From NCBI GenBank assembly GCA_951406725.2, contig OX597835.1, forward strand, positions 31,682,001 through 31,746,000: a stretch of 64,000 nucleotides of DNA, given 5' to 3'. Position numbers and translations under genes: made by a program. How positions within the stretch are numbered: position 1 is the first letter of the stretch; the number at the start of each line of letters is the position of its first letter. Below, piece by piece: positions 24,476-37,904 of this stretch. The stretch comes from Octopus vulgaris. Its lineage: Eukaryota. The notes under the pieces are model-generated. The model did no database searches, had not been told where the DNA came from, and was given only the letters and a program-made list of their open reading frames with translations.

Positions 24476-24807
24476 CAAACCGTTAGAGCTACACGTGTTC
24501 TAACGCTCTGTGCATCTAGGATTTGGAAGGCTACCCACTGACGAACGTTGCCTGGGCAAACATATTCTGTATTTTTTGCTAGAAAGAGGTAGAAACTGAT
24601 CAGTCTGGGATACATCTATAATGGTAAATGTTTTTGATTTTCATTCCTTTGATGAATTTATCCCTCTTTGTGTTTCTAACACTTGCTTCCTTATTTGGGA
24701 GCTTTTATTATATTTCTATACGAAAAATATATTGTCTAATGACTAATTCGTCTTTAGTGCTAGGCCACTGGTAATAATAACTTATGTTATTACCCTTTTT
24801 AATTATG

Positions 24808-24810
<3 letters not shown>
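24472..24810 (+). mobile_element. Solo pLTR-like element between two (TA)n tracts
   Basis: Flanked by long (TA)n; small 5' hairpin CGTTAGA..TCTAACG (24481-24505); contains a hammerhead. Confidence 0.65.
24534..24609 (+). ncRNA. Type I hammerhead ribozyme
   Basis: ccca CTGACGA ..stem II.. GAAA ctgatcag TC tggg; stem I ccca/tggg; palindromic stem III ACTGATCAGT. Confidence 0.8.
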
Positions 24811-24902
<92 letters not shown>

Positions 24903-24974
24903 GAAATTTAATCATCAATGTACTTTCCCTAATTATCTATGACTTCCTTCCATCTATTTACAAGCTTTTGAATA

Positions 24975-25163
24975 CCTATTTCTTTACTACCCACAAGGGG
25001 CTAAACACAGAGAGGACAAACAAGGCAGACAAACGGTACATATTTAATCGATCCCCGAAAGGATGAAAGGCAAAGTGGACCGTGGCGGAATTTGAACTCA
25101 GAACGTAGCGGCAGACGAAATACCTCTAGGCATTTCGCCCGGCGTGCTAACGATTCTGCCAGA
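24975..25163 (-). mobile_element. tRNA-derived SINE family B (Meta-domain-like central region)
   Basis: CTGGCAGAATCGTTAGCACGCCGGGCGAAATG..GAGTTCAAATTCCGCC..GCCTTTCATCCTTTCGGGG..TGTGTTTAGCCCCTTGTGGGTAGTAAAGAAAT. Confidence 0.85.
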
Positions 25164-25661
25164 ACTCGTTACTTCGTATTCAAACTTCCGGCATATTAAC
25201 CAGCGATCTTTTCAGGCTAAACGATACGCACTTACACACACAGAAAGAGTAGCCACAAGGGTTAATGAACGGGAGGATGGAAATAGGTGTAATTATCACC
25301 ATTAGTATCAATGACATAAATGTGATTGCATAAACAAATATTGCCAAACATTCAGATTAATAAAATCTAACAGCTTAAGAGAGCGGGAGAACAGCTTATG
25401 CTGAAATAAAACGGAATGTATTCATCTGACAGATTAAAAGAATGTAAAATCGAACATCTTAAAAACTGAACAAAAATAATCACGTGAATTATAGAAATGA
25501 AGAGAATAAAAATTAAAGTTGAAGTAAATAATACACACACACATGTGCACAGCCAAGCACACACACGTGCACAACCACACACACAAACACACACATGTAT
25601 TTGTATGTGTGTGTATAACAGTAATATTTATTTGTAGTTTAATTTCTGTAAATCTGTTATT

Positions 25662-25720
<59 letters not shown>

Positions 25721-25749
25721 CCTACCTACCTACCTACCTACCTACCTAT

Positions 25750-25796
<47 letters not shown>

Positions 25797-25939
25797 ACTA
25801 ACTATATATATACATATGCATATGTACGTAGGTGTATATATGTATGCATAATTATATACTTTATTAATAATATATGTGTGTATGTATATATATATATTTG
25901 TATATATTTGTATATACATATTCAAATATTTGCATATTC

Positions 25940-25996
<57 letters not shown>

Positions 25997-26619
25997 TAGA
26001 TAAAATATACATACATATTTGTATGTATATATATATATATATATATATTTGCGTGTATGTGTTTGTGTGTGTATACGTGTGTGTGTGTACAAAATCTTTA
26101 GGTTTTAGAAATTGAGGCTTTTTGTTAAATGACTTTTCTTTCCATTTTTAAGTCTTTCATCGAATTTTGACAAATGGCAAATAATAAGAAATGGAAATAT
26201 TAGGTTTTGTATGGACAGGCATCATTCTATGAGTTTCTGGAGAGTACCACCTCATCAGACAATAGATAGCTAGCAATTTTGGTATTCATTATATCCAAAT
26301 AGAATCCTATAATTCTTGTAATGTATTACATTCTATGAATATGCGATGTTGTTATAATAGAGCAGATATTAGTTCTTATCGGTGTGTGTGTTTCTATGTA
26401 CATGTATGCGTATGCGTTTTCCATTATAGTGTATGTGTGTGTAAGCGTACGCGAGTGCTTGTGTATGTGTATATGTGTGCTATAGTTATATCATTCTTTA
26501 TAAAACTTGGAAACTTGGAATCCGCCATATAAACCTCCCGCCATTCATATATCGCAATTACGCTTCCATCACCTATGTATATGTGTGTATATGTGTATGT
26601 TCGATTTTATACTTGCCTA

Positions 26620-26667
<48 letters not shown>

Positions 26668-27499
26668 TGTATATATTATATATGCATATATATATATATA
26701 TATATTACATACATACATACATACATATATAGATGCATACATATAAATATAAATATATATATATGTATATAAATATATTATATTTATATATATATATATA
26801 TATATATGTATGAGTGTAAAATATATGCATACATACAAGTAGTGATATAGCTGTATACACACATATATATGAATATATTACGTATGTGTATGCATTTATA
26901 TATATACACACACACATATATGCATATATATATATATGTGTGTGTGGATGTATGCATACATATATAATTATACACACTTGTGTGCAGGCATACTAGTCTT
27001 GTGCGTATACCTGAGCACATCATATCTGTGGTAACCGTTTTGTAAACTTAAATTGTCTTCTAAATTGAATATGTTCATTCATTTAACAATCCAATATTGT
27101 TGAAAATCTAAAGAATATGAGGTTTTCTTGAAATATTGATATGTGACCATATTGAATATAGTCTTTCTCATATTTTAAGGAATATCAATTTCTATAATTT
27201 GTAGCATATTTTTAGTATTGCCAAATTTCAGATTAAATTTTTTTTCCAAATTCAAAATATGAGGTCGTTATAATTTGCTTGTAAAGGGAGCTAGTGACGA
27301 TATCTATTACCAGTACTAATACATATTCATTATTCGTTCAGATAAATATGAAAGGATATTCCATATTTAGTCTTGCATACGTCTCAAGCCGTTTATTTTC
27401 TGATAAAATCAAGTATAAATTAATGAGACTTAAACACGAATAAATAGTATACATTTAAACATGGATACTCCTACATATATGCAAATATAAATATACAAC

Positions 27500-27548
<49 letters not shown>

Positions 27549-27549
27549 A

Positions 27550-28770
27550 TGTATGTATGATTTTTTCATTAAGTTTTATTCAAGTTTGTAAGAGAGTTCA
27601 AGTAACTCGCTAACAAGCCGACAAAAGGCTTTGAGTTAAGAGGCATCCCGGTCTTTGTAAGAATATGGTTGGGTTAGTATGTTGGTTGTACTGTCGATGT
27701 ATACACCCCAAGTGTGTTCATATAATCACCTAAAGAATCTCAGACGGGGAAGCCTTGGAATCCCTTATAAATCTTTACTGTGCCACTAATAGATTGGATT
27801 TGGATGATACGCGTGGGTTCCTTTGTTCTTTCTTCGAAAAACTTCGTATTTTTCGGCTTTCGTGTAAATTGGTTGGTATGTAACCAATGCACCGATATTG
27901 ATACGTACAAATTAGAATTTGTAATCAGGGGACAAGAGTGGTAAGTTCCACATTAATTCACCATAAATGCCTTTTTCCTTCCTTTAATTATGATTGTACG
28001 TTCACATTCACTGGGAAGCTGACATCTACAAATATTCATCCCTTTTGTTCCCTGTCCCACAGAACAATCTCAGGTTTGTTATGTTTGTCCAAATTTGCTG
28101 GGTTTTCTTTTTTTTTAATTGGTCCCTAGAATTTCTTGTTAAAGGTTTGGATACCTGAGCGCTATGATCTTTGAAACTGTAGCCTGCCTCAGAGTCAGGT
28201 AGTATCTCGAATACATTGTTATAACAGAGCCGACATTTTTTTATCACAACTTAGAGGTTTGGTGATATCTTTGTCCTCCTCCTTTATTAAGTATTTATTA
28301 ACTATCTTCTGTTCCTGGAGAGTGAAGGTATATCCTTCTAGGTGGAATGTAATGTATCTATCACAGATCCGGGTAAGGTTACTCTTCCTGTCAATGTTGT
28401 TGTTGCCATCTAGCTTACGGGATATGTACCTATGCATTACCTTTTGTTGATACGATACCTGCTTCTTCTCCAAGCTTCTGTTTAGGTAGGCCAGTCTAGC
28501 CTCCTTTGGGTTGCATGAATGAGACAGTTGTATTTTCAGTACACCTGCACATAATTCCCACTTATGCATATGCACAGAATGTACTCATTCTTCTTTCACT
28601 GTTCTGCAGGTGTTGTCTCAGTGATACAATGCGACGTTCAAACGTTATTTGCACTGACCTTGTGTTTCTACTGTCACTACCACTGCAGTTATTTCGTCTC
28701 ACATAAATTCTATCGGTATCAATGTTAATGTGAAAGTCGCCTGTAGTGGCCAAAACCATTCCGAGCGTGT
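27550..28770 (-). pseudogene. Degenerate non-LTR retrotransposon 3' portion, probably RLE-type (R4/Dong-like)
   Basis: EGYTFTLQEQKIVNKY..CDKKCRLC; terminal IQIQSISGTVKIYKGF; many stops and frameshifts. Confidence 0.45.
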
Positions 28771-29042
28771 ATGTGTTGACAGATACATCTGTCTGTCTAT
28801 CTGATCAATAGACTAACAGATATGTATGTACGTATGAGTAAATTTATAGATACATGTGTATAAATATACATACATATATATATATGAGAATGTTTTGCGT
28901 AATAAGATAAAAAAACCAAGGCTGTGTAGATATTAGAGCATTTATATATAGAAGGTCTTACAGCTGTTTCTAGGATATTTATTAAATGTATCCCTCCATT
29001 ATATATATGTATGTATATTATATATGTATGTATGTATCTATG

Positions 29043-29079
<37 letters not shown>

Positions 29080-29336
29080 TCATATATGTATATATATGTG
29101 TGTATATATATAATGTATGTATGTATATATATAAATAGATGAGTGTATTTTTACCTTGTTAACAATTAACAGGGAAAAAATAAATAAGTAGTTACCAGGG
29201 TAGCAAAAATCTCACCACTAAAGATGTTGTAACTCCTTGTTTATAAAGGTAGAAACTTCGTGTTTACGTTCAATATATTGAATAATATATGAATAAATAA
29301 ATGGAGTTTAACGCAGGTGTAATCAAATATTTTTAA

Positions 29337-29418
29337 TTTCGACATATGTTTCGAAAATTCCACTGATACTATTCAAAAGAATATATAGTATAAACAATGC
29401 AATCTTCTCCTCAGGAAA
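29337..29418 (-). ncRNA. Type I hammerhead ribozyme (left arm)
   Basis: Minus strand: tttc CTGAGGA gaagattgcattg..cagtggaattttc GAAA catatg TC gaaa. Confidence 0.82.
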
Positions 29419-29986
29419 GTGAAAAAAGCGAAACTCGTCAATACGACATTTTAGCAAAAAATTATGGATTTGTATAGCGATAGACAGAACGCTATTAATA
29501 TTGTTTAAAAAAACGTTATATGATATAACGTCATAAGTAGCTAACAGAAAGAGTAGGGATACCAATAGTGAATGTTAAATATAAAGGAAATTAAAGTTTA
29601 AATTATATATAATGATAGAGACTACTTATATGCACTAAATGTATGTTTTTGCCAATGCTTACATCTGTATGCTCGTTCTATAACCGTGTTTACTAGAGTA
29701 TTTTTCATTATTTTTTCTAAAAATACTCTAGTAAACACGGTTATAGAACGAGCATACAGATGTAAGCATTGGCAAAAACATACATTTAGTGCATATAAGT
29801 AGTCTCTATCATTATATATAATTTAAACTTTAATTTACTATTGGTATCCCTACTCTTTCTGTTAGCTACTTATGACGTTATATCATATAACGTCTTTTTA
29901 AACAATATTAATAGCGTTCTGTCTATCACTATACAAATCCATCATTTTTTGCTAAAATGTCGTATTGACGAGTTTCGCTTTTTTCA

Positions 29987-30070
29987 CTTTCCTGAGGAGA
30001 AGATTGCATTGTTTATATCATTTATTCTTTTGAATAGTATCAGTGGAATTTTCGAAACATGTGTCGAAAG
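29987..30070 (+). ncRNA. Type I hammerhead ribozyme (right arm)
   Basis: ctttc CTGAGGA gaagattgcattg..cagtggaattttc GAAA catgtg TC gaaag. Confidence 0.82.
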
Positions 30071-30109
30071 TAAAAATATTTGATTACACCTTAAATCATT
30101 TATTTATTC

Positions 30110-30162
<53 letters not shown>

Positions 30163-30176
30163 GTATATATATATGT

Positions 30177-30204
<28 letters not shown>

Positions 30205-30210
<6 letters not shown>

Positions 30211-30268
30211 GTGAATTGAGAAATGGAGCTCCATTTATTTCATTCATATGATATAATATATATAGGAA

Positions 30269-30300
<32 letters not shown>

Positions 30301-30590
30301 TATATATATATTCGATATTTCCTATTTTCTTCCTGAAGAGAAAGACACAATATGGTCCCATTATTCCATCGGATTTTGGTAATTTGTAAACACGTGTAGA
30401 ATGAATAAAACGATTTCGTTCAATCTGCGTTCAGCTCCATTTCTTCAATTCACCAATATGTTCTAATTTCATATCCGCACCAACGCACGGTTGCAACACC
30501 ATATGGTTGTACCTCCAGCCGTATTTTTGCTACTAAGGTATCGGTTAAACTTTTGATTAATCTACTATTATTCATCTTTCTATTTCACAT
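30205..30590 (+). mobile_element. pLTR-like element with degenerate HHR (30330-30401) and a short inverted 5' copy
   Basis: ttc CTGAAGA..TAAA cacgtg TA gaa (G12 lost); CGTTCAGCTCCATT shared with ~44990; 30206-30235 is the inverted copy of ~30436-30460. Confidence 0.55.
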
Positions 30591-30964
30591 AATATATATA
30601 TATATATATATATAAATGAACTGGCATATATTTTGTTCACATGTGTATGTATGTATACACTTAAATCCATTGTGGTTAATCAACTCCATGTATAAAAGAA
30701 AAAAAAACACAGGTGATATTAAAATCTATTTCATTGCATTAAGAATGAAAGCGTTGGTGTTTTAACTAAATCTGAAATAACGAAATCACATAGATATGAT
30801 CGTTTCATAATTAATATGAGTGTAACGTTATCTTTTACATAAGAACGTTTTCTGAACAATAGCAGATAATGTGTGCGGTGTTCCATATTTTATACTTCCA
30901 TATATAATCATTACAAACTTTTTAAACTCCGAATTATGTGGTATTGGTAACGCAGGAGAATACA

Positions 30965-30998
<34 letters not shown>

Positions 30999-31052
30999 CA
31001 TACAAACCTACATACATACTCACAAAAATCACACACACTCACATGCATTCTA

Positions 31053-31126
<74 letters not shown>

Positions 31127-31283
31127 TGTGTGGTAGTGTGGAGAAATACAAAAATGAGAGAGGGAGGGAGTGAGAGAGAGGTAGAAAGGCAGATAAACAC
31201 AAACCAGCTTCATCTGTATATTTGCTTGGTATACCTAATACGATTACGGAACGAGGAAAACAAATGGAGTTACGTAATAGTTT

Positions 31284-31329
<46 letters not shown>

Positions 31330-32322
31330 GAAGAAGAAGAAGAAGAAGAAGAAGAAGAAGAAGAAGAAGAAGGAGAAGAAGAAGAAGAAGAAGAAGAAGA
31401 AGAAGAAGAAGAAGAAGAAGAAAAAAGAATAACCCTTATTATTAATATCATCGTTATTATATAAGCGTATATATATATATTTATGCACACAAACTCAGAC
31501 ACTCGCGTTCACACACTCACATATAGATACTTATATACATACATACACGCACATTCACACATATAGACATACATATATATATACGAACACATATATGTGT
31601 GTGTGTGTTTTATGTTCGGAGGGAGAGACGAAGGATGGCAATGCAAAGAGAAAGATGATGGCTTTATAATCATGTACACAGACAAATAAGAGCAGATTAC
31701 CCACCCTATTGAGCAGCATTGTCTGTGATATACCACCTGGTGTGGCTTACGTTTGTAAATGTAGTCAATAGGAGAAATCTAGCAATAACAGATTCGCATT
31801 CAAATGATGGTATAACTAGCTACAATGAGAAAATATTTGAATGCTATTCAATATAACCAACATCTTCTAAAACAAGTTTTATAAAGATCTTTATGTCATG
31901 AATAATACACATGTTTTTTACAACCAAAGTTGTATAACTTAATCAACAAATGTCTCGTGCTGCTCGTTTTGTAATCTCTAAGGAGAAAACCAGGTTGTGT
32001 TTAAATATAGAGGGGACGAAGAAAAAAGTAAGAGATAAAGAAATTTGTTCTTCGTCTTTCCCCGAACATTTGCCAGACATTTTTTTATCACCACCAAGGG
32101 AATAGATATGTTCACCGGAAACCATTTCTCTTTAACTGTTTCAGATCGTGATTGGAAATGAAGAATGTGGCAAGGAATTCTTTGAATGATGTTATATTCG
32201 ATACTCAATGTAGTCCATCCCAATGCCTATTCATTAAATATTATTATATATGTTGGCCACGATGAATTACTTGTATCAGCAGAAAACAAAGTTGCAATTT
32301 TTCAAAAAAAGTTACGTATCAT

Positions 32323-32484
32323 AGGCGTAGGAGTGTCTGTGTGGTAAGTGCTTGCTCACCAGCCACATGGTTCCGGGTTCAGTCCCACTGCATGGCACCT
32401 TGAGCAAGTGTCTTCTACTATAGCTTCGGGCCGACCGAAGCCTTGTGTGTGGATTTGGTACACGGAAACTGAAAGAAGCCCGTC

Positions 32485-32566
<82 letters not shown>

Positions 32567-32753
32567 AAATGTATGTGTATGTATGTGTATATGTTTGTCC
32601 TCCCAATCATCTCTTGATAACCGATGCTGGTGTGTTTACGTCCCCATAACTTAGCGGTTCGGCATAAGAGACCGATAGAATAAGTACTAGGCTTACAAAG
32701 AATAAGTCCTGGGCCGCAGTCAAATGACTGAAACAAGTAAAAGAGTAAAAGAG
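32323..32753 (+). mobile_element. SINE family A
   Basis: Same head, body and tail as 20072-20473. Confidence 0.88.
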
Positions 32754-32954
32754 TATCTCAATACTTACTCCAGAATATACAAAACTTTAGTTTATAATGT
32801 GACAATGTAAACCGGAATATCAGCAAAATATATATTTGTTATACATAATGCTGTTTATAAATGTGGTTTTGAAATCATATATCTAATTATTTGCTCATAG
32901 TTTCATATATTAATTACAAAGTAAGAATATGTCTATCTATGATCACAAATGTGC

Positions 32955-33250
32955 TGAGAGGAATTCTTTGGGGTTTGAATAATTCCCTTCTTCAACAATC
33001 ACAAACAACCTGAATTCAGGACCTTTTGTGCAGGATGGACCACACGACCTGAAGAAAATTCTAACTGGGCCCCACCTACAAAGTCATGCGCTGTTAATCT
33101 TTATATTAGATCACCATGCCGCACACATACAGTTGTGATGCATGTGCCTAGTGTACCCTTATCAGACGGGTAGTCATGATGGGTATACTGGGCTTCGTAT
33201 ATTTGTATTCTATCGTCACTTTTATGGCACGCGCTGCCTTCTCACTCACT
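32955..33250 (+). mobile_element. Interspersed repeat family D, 3' end followed by (TAA)n
   Basis: Reverse complement of 35445-35720 and 36352-36660; ends CTCACTC then (AAT)n. Confidence 0.7.
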
Positions 33251-33274
33251 AATTATCATAATAATAATAATAAC

Positions 33275-33312
<38 letters not shown>

Positions 33313-34254
33313 GAAGAAGAAGAAGAAGAAGAAGAAGGAAGAGGGGAGGAGGAGAAGAAGAACAAGTAGTAGTAGTAGTGGTGGTGGTGGTGGTGGTGGT
33401 GGGGTTGTAGTAGTAGTAGTTGTAGTAGATGAAGAAGAAGAAGAAGAAGAAAAAAAGAAGGAAAAGAAGAAGAAAGAAAAGAAGTAGACGAAGAAGAAAA
33501 AGAAGAAGAAGAAAGAGAAGAAGAAGAAGAAGAAGAAGAAGAAGAAGAAGAAGAACAACAACAACAACAACAACAACAATAGCAAGAACAAGAAGAACAA
33601 TAACAATGACAAAAATAACAACAATGCTTTTTTCAAAAATATTAATATGAAGCACATTGTTCTTGAAGACTGTTTATTTTCGGAAAGAATTACATTTCTG
33701 TTTTACTGATGCTTGTTGCGATACGGACGAGTGAGACGAATTGATGGACGCTGACGTAGTCACATCTTAAAACGGAAACGATCTCATTAAAATTAACATA
33801 ATGAAAGATAGGGCGAATTAAAAAAAAAACGTTAAATCATCATAATGAACTTGATTACATTTATCATAATTATGATGAATACCGCCACCCTAATCACCCG
33901 ACCACCACCTGCTGCTACTCGTGCTCCTCTCCACTCATCATCATCATTATCATCCCTACCCTCTTCGTTAACATCATTATCATTCTTATCATTGTCATCT
34001 TCATCATCATGATTGTCATAGTCGACCCCATCATCATCGCCATCGTCATCATCGACGTCATCATCATCGACGTCGTCATCATCATCATCATCATCGTCAT
34101 CGTTGACCTCGTCATCATAATTATCATCACCATATTCGTACTGTTTAACTTCATTATCATCATGATTATCATCATTATCATCATCATCATCTTCATCATC
34201 ATCCTCGTCATCATCATCATCCACATCATCATATTCGTACTGTTTAACTTCCTT

Positions 34255-34289
<35 letters not shown>

Positions 34290-34350
34290 CATCATCATCA
34301 TCATCATCATCATCACCAGAAGCAGCAGCAGTAGCAGCATTGCCGTTGTC
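33251..34350. repeat. Compound trinucleotide microsatellites (TAA, GAA, GGT, CAA, CAT, GAT)
   Basis: Direct reading; source of the poly-K/E/D/H pseudo-ORFs. Confidence 0.9.
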
Positions 34351-34973
34351 TGCATCAATCATCCAAGTTCATTCATCGTAATCTTCAACTTTCCGTTCAA
34401 AATCCTCACCACGTTTCAACCACATCCATCCCCGCTAACTTCTTTTCATCAACGTTTCTTCGGTTACCATGCCAACTAAGACTCCTATCAATTCTACTAT
34501 CACCGATACACACGATCTCGGCTCTGCTACAAACGGTTTCTTCATTATCCTTTACCGCAAAAAATATCAGCGCCACCACCATCAGCGTCAGTATCAAGTT
34601 TTGGCAAAAGGTCAGTGCTTTCGGTGGAGGGATTAGATAAGTCGATTGCATCGATCCCAGAGTTCAACTGGTATTTGTTTTATCGACAAGGAAGGGATGG
34701 AATGCAAAGTCAAACTCGGCAAATACTTAAAGTAAGAACGGAAAATCGGACGAAATGCCACGAAGCGAACAAAATGCTTAGCGGCATTTTATCCATCAAT
34801 TTGCATTCTGATTTCGAATTTCACCGAGGTCGACTAAACCTTTCATGCTTTCGGGCTCGATGGAATAAGTATTCAGAAAGTACTGGGGTCGAACTAATCC
34901 TGTAGTCGTAATACCCCAAATTTCAGGCTTTGTGCCGATGGGAGAAAGGAATATTATCTGAATATAAAAAATT

Positions 34974-35375
34974 AGGGATAGGAGTGGTTGTGTGGTAAGT
35001 AGCTTGCTTACCAACCACATGGTTCCGGGTTCAGTCCCGCTGCGTAGCACCTTCGGCAAGTGTCTTCTACTATAGCCTCCAGCCGACCAGAGACTTGTGA
35101 GTGGATTTGGCAGACGGAAACTGAAAGAAGTCCGTCGTATATATGTATATATGTATGTGTGTGTGTATATGTATGTGTGTCAGTGTTTGTTCCCCACCAA
35201 CATCGCTTGACAACCGATGCTGGTGTGTTTACGTCTCCGTAACTTGGTGGTTCGGCAAAAGAAATCGATAGAATAAGTACTAGGCTTACAAAGAATAAAT
35301 CCTGGGGTCGATTTTCTCGAGTAAAGGCGGTGCTCCAGCATGGCCACAGTCAAACAACTGAAACAATTAATAAAA
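34974..35375 (+). mobile_element. SINE family A
   Basis: Full head-to-tail match to the family consensus. Confidence 0.88.
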
Positions 35376-35444
35376 AAAAGATTATTGCTATTATTATTAG
35401 TGTTGTTATTGTTGTTGTTTTTGTTATTATCATTATTATTATCG

Positions 35445-35945
35445 AGTGAGAGTGCAGCGCATATCATCAAAGTGACATTATGGTGAAATTTATAAAGAAG
35501 TCCAATATACCCATCATGACTACCATCATGATAAGGTCACACGAGGTGCATTCTTCGCAACCATGTGTGCGTGACATGATCTCATTTCAAGATAAACAGT
35601 GCATGAGTTTGCAGGTGGAGCCCAGTTAGACAGGTTGAATAGCCCATTCCACTCAAAATGTCAATGAGTTGTTTAAGAATGTTGAATGAAATACCCTAAA
35701 GAATTCCTCACAACACATGGCTATGATGCCCCCTACTACTTCTGCTCGTGATCAGAGATGCACATATCGTCAGCCACTAAAGGACATGCTCAACTGGTTA
35801 AGGTCAAACAACTGGCAAGCAAATCTGTGGTATTCAGCAGAATATTTGCTGTAGCCCATCTTTTGCACCAAGACAAAACATGTACATCGCAACACTTGCA
35901 AACCGTTAAGATTAGAAAGTATGAGAGCCAGTGCCCGGTACAACT
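35445..35945 (-). mobile_element. Repeat family D
   Basis: Matches 36352-36725; abuts (TTA)n. Confidence 0.7.
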
Positions 35946-35949
35946 TTAA

Positions 35950-36160
35950 AGCGGTGAGCTGGCAGAATCGTTAAGACTCCGTGTGAAATGATAAGCGATA
36001 TTTAGACCGAATTTACATTCTGAGTTAAAATTCCGCCGAGGCTGTCTTTGCCTTTCATCCTTTCGTAGTCGATGAAATAAGTACCAGTTAGGCACTGGGG
36101 TCGATGTAATCGATTATCCACCTTCCCTCAAACTTTTCAAGGCCTTGTACCTAATGTAGA

Positions 36161-36165
<5 letters not shown>
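35950..36165 (+). mobile_element. SINE family B variant
   Basis: GCGGTGAGCTGGCAGAATCGTTAA..GCCTTTCATCCTTTCG..GTACCAG. Confidence 0.75.
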
Positions 36166-36208
<43 letters not shown>

Positions 36209-36235
36209 TAATTATTATTATTATTATTATTATTA

Positions 36236-36333
<98 letters not shown>

Positions 36334-36351
36334 TATCATCGTCATAATTAT

Positions 36352-36725
36352 TGAGTGAAAAAGCAGTGCATGCCATCAAAGTGACACTGGGGTAAAATAT
36401 ACGAAGCCCAGTATACCCATCATGACACCTGTCTGATAAGGGTACATCAGGCACATGCATCACAAACATGCGTTACATGGTGTTCTCATATCAAGATAAA
36501 CAGCGCATGACCTTGCAGGTGGGTCCCAGTTAGAAATTTCGTCACATCGAGTATCCTATTCAGCTCAAAAGATCCCTAAATAAAGGTTGTGTTATTATGC
36601 TGGACGAAACACCCTTGTTTGCAGAGGTGAATTATCCAAGCCCCAAAGAATTCCTCTCAACCCACGGCTATGATGCTCCTCCACCACTTCTGCTCGTGTT
36701 CAGCAAATCCTTGGTATTGAGCAAG
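36352..36725 (-). mobile_element. Repeat family D
   Basis: Matches 35445-35840; abuts (TTA)n. Confidence 0.7.
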
Positions 36726-37079
36726 ATATTATTATTATTTAATTATACAGCTGATTAACAATGTATAAATCCACCTTAATAACGGTTTGTTGAATAATCT
36801 TCATTCTTTCATTCGTTCAAAATAAGAAAAATAAAACAAAACAAAAAATAATTCCAAATTTCGAAGCTCAAAACGAAATATAACAAATGCCACACCGCAA
36901 CCCATCATGACCACCACCACTGCGGTATAATTAGATTTAGAATAATTCACAAAATGCAACCAATGACTAAAATAAATTTCGAAACAAAAGAGAGATAAAT
37001 ATATCGATTTCTTAGCTTCCATCAAAAGACAAGTTTTATTAGAAAAATGCGTATGTAAATGTGTATGAATATATCTGTT

Positions 37080-37122
<43 letters not shown>

Positions 37123-37759
37123 GTGCGTGCGTGTATGTATGTGTGTGTGTGTTTGTGTAGGCTTATGTTGGGATATATGTGTGCGCCAAATAGTCATTAA
37201 AATTTGTCACCATATTTCCTTGAAGCATGACGTCTGGCCCTCTGGCGTCATGCTTGCAAGGATGGATGGCGATGAAAAGATTTATTGCCATTAGCCTATC
37301 TACAAATATGTGGAAGTGTTTGTGTAAACGACTACCGTGTGATGGATATAAACACACTTCACCGTTTATTTTACTTTATTCTACGCAGTATTTTCCTTAT
37401 TCTTTATTTATCATTTTTTCTTAATTACTTCCAGTTTGTATCCACAGCTTCGCAACTAAACCTGCTCTTTGGCATTCCTTCCCTTTGTACTTAAGGTACA
37501 ACCACTAACAGCATGCTCTAGTTAATCTTACAGAACGAAACATCACTTATGTAACGAGTTACATTATTATGTCACCCGATGAGGGGATTTTGTACCGTGG
37601 GATGTACCGAAATTAATTAGTTTCCCACCTGCGAGGGAAGTGAGCGATGCAGGATGTGTCGAAGCGAACGGTGTGATCAATAAAATTTCCCGAATATTCC
37701 ATTTTCCTTTGCTAATGCTTCTATTATATATATATATATATATATAATAGAAGCATATA

Positions 37760-37820
<61 letters not shown>

Positions 37821-37904
37821 AGAGAGCTGGAAACATTCAATTTTTCACTGGTTTCCTGGTTTAATTCCCATTATAGCTGAGAGTATCCTTTTCTCAATTC
37901 AAAT

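Larger units (their letters stand above)
29120..30115. mobile_element. Foldback element: ~400-bp inverted arms (29287-29705 / 29719-30113), 13-nt spacer, one HHR per arm
   Basis: Mirror ORFs 29323-29565(-) and 29841-30083(+) are near-identical; centre TACTAGAGTATTTTT..AAAAATACTCTAGTA; TA-rich tracts outside both ends. Confidence 0.9.

Noticed and set aside
29323-30083. Duplicated 80-aa ORFs as a gene pair
   Set aside because: They merely reflect the inverted arms; they start at TTG and have no domain.
32323-32400. tRNA genes at SINE heads
   Set aside because: A/B boxes are present but there is no full cloverleaf, and the sequence continues into SINE bodies.
33176-34479. Poly-Asp/His/Lys/Glu ORFs resembling an acidic or metal-binding protein
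   Set aside because: Compound trinucleotide repeats open in several frames on both strands; no splice or domain evidence.
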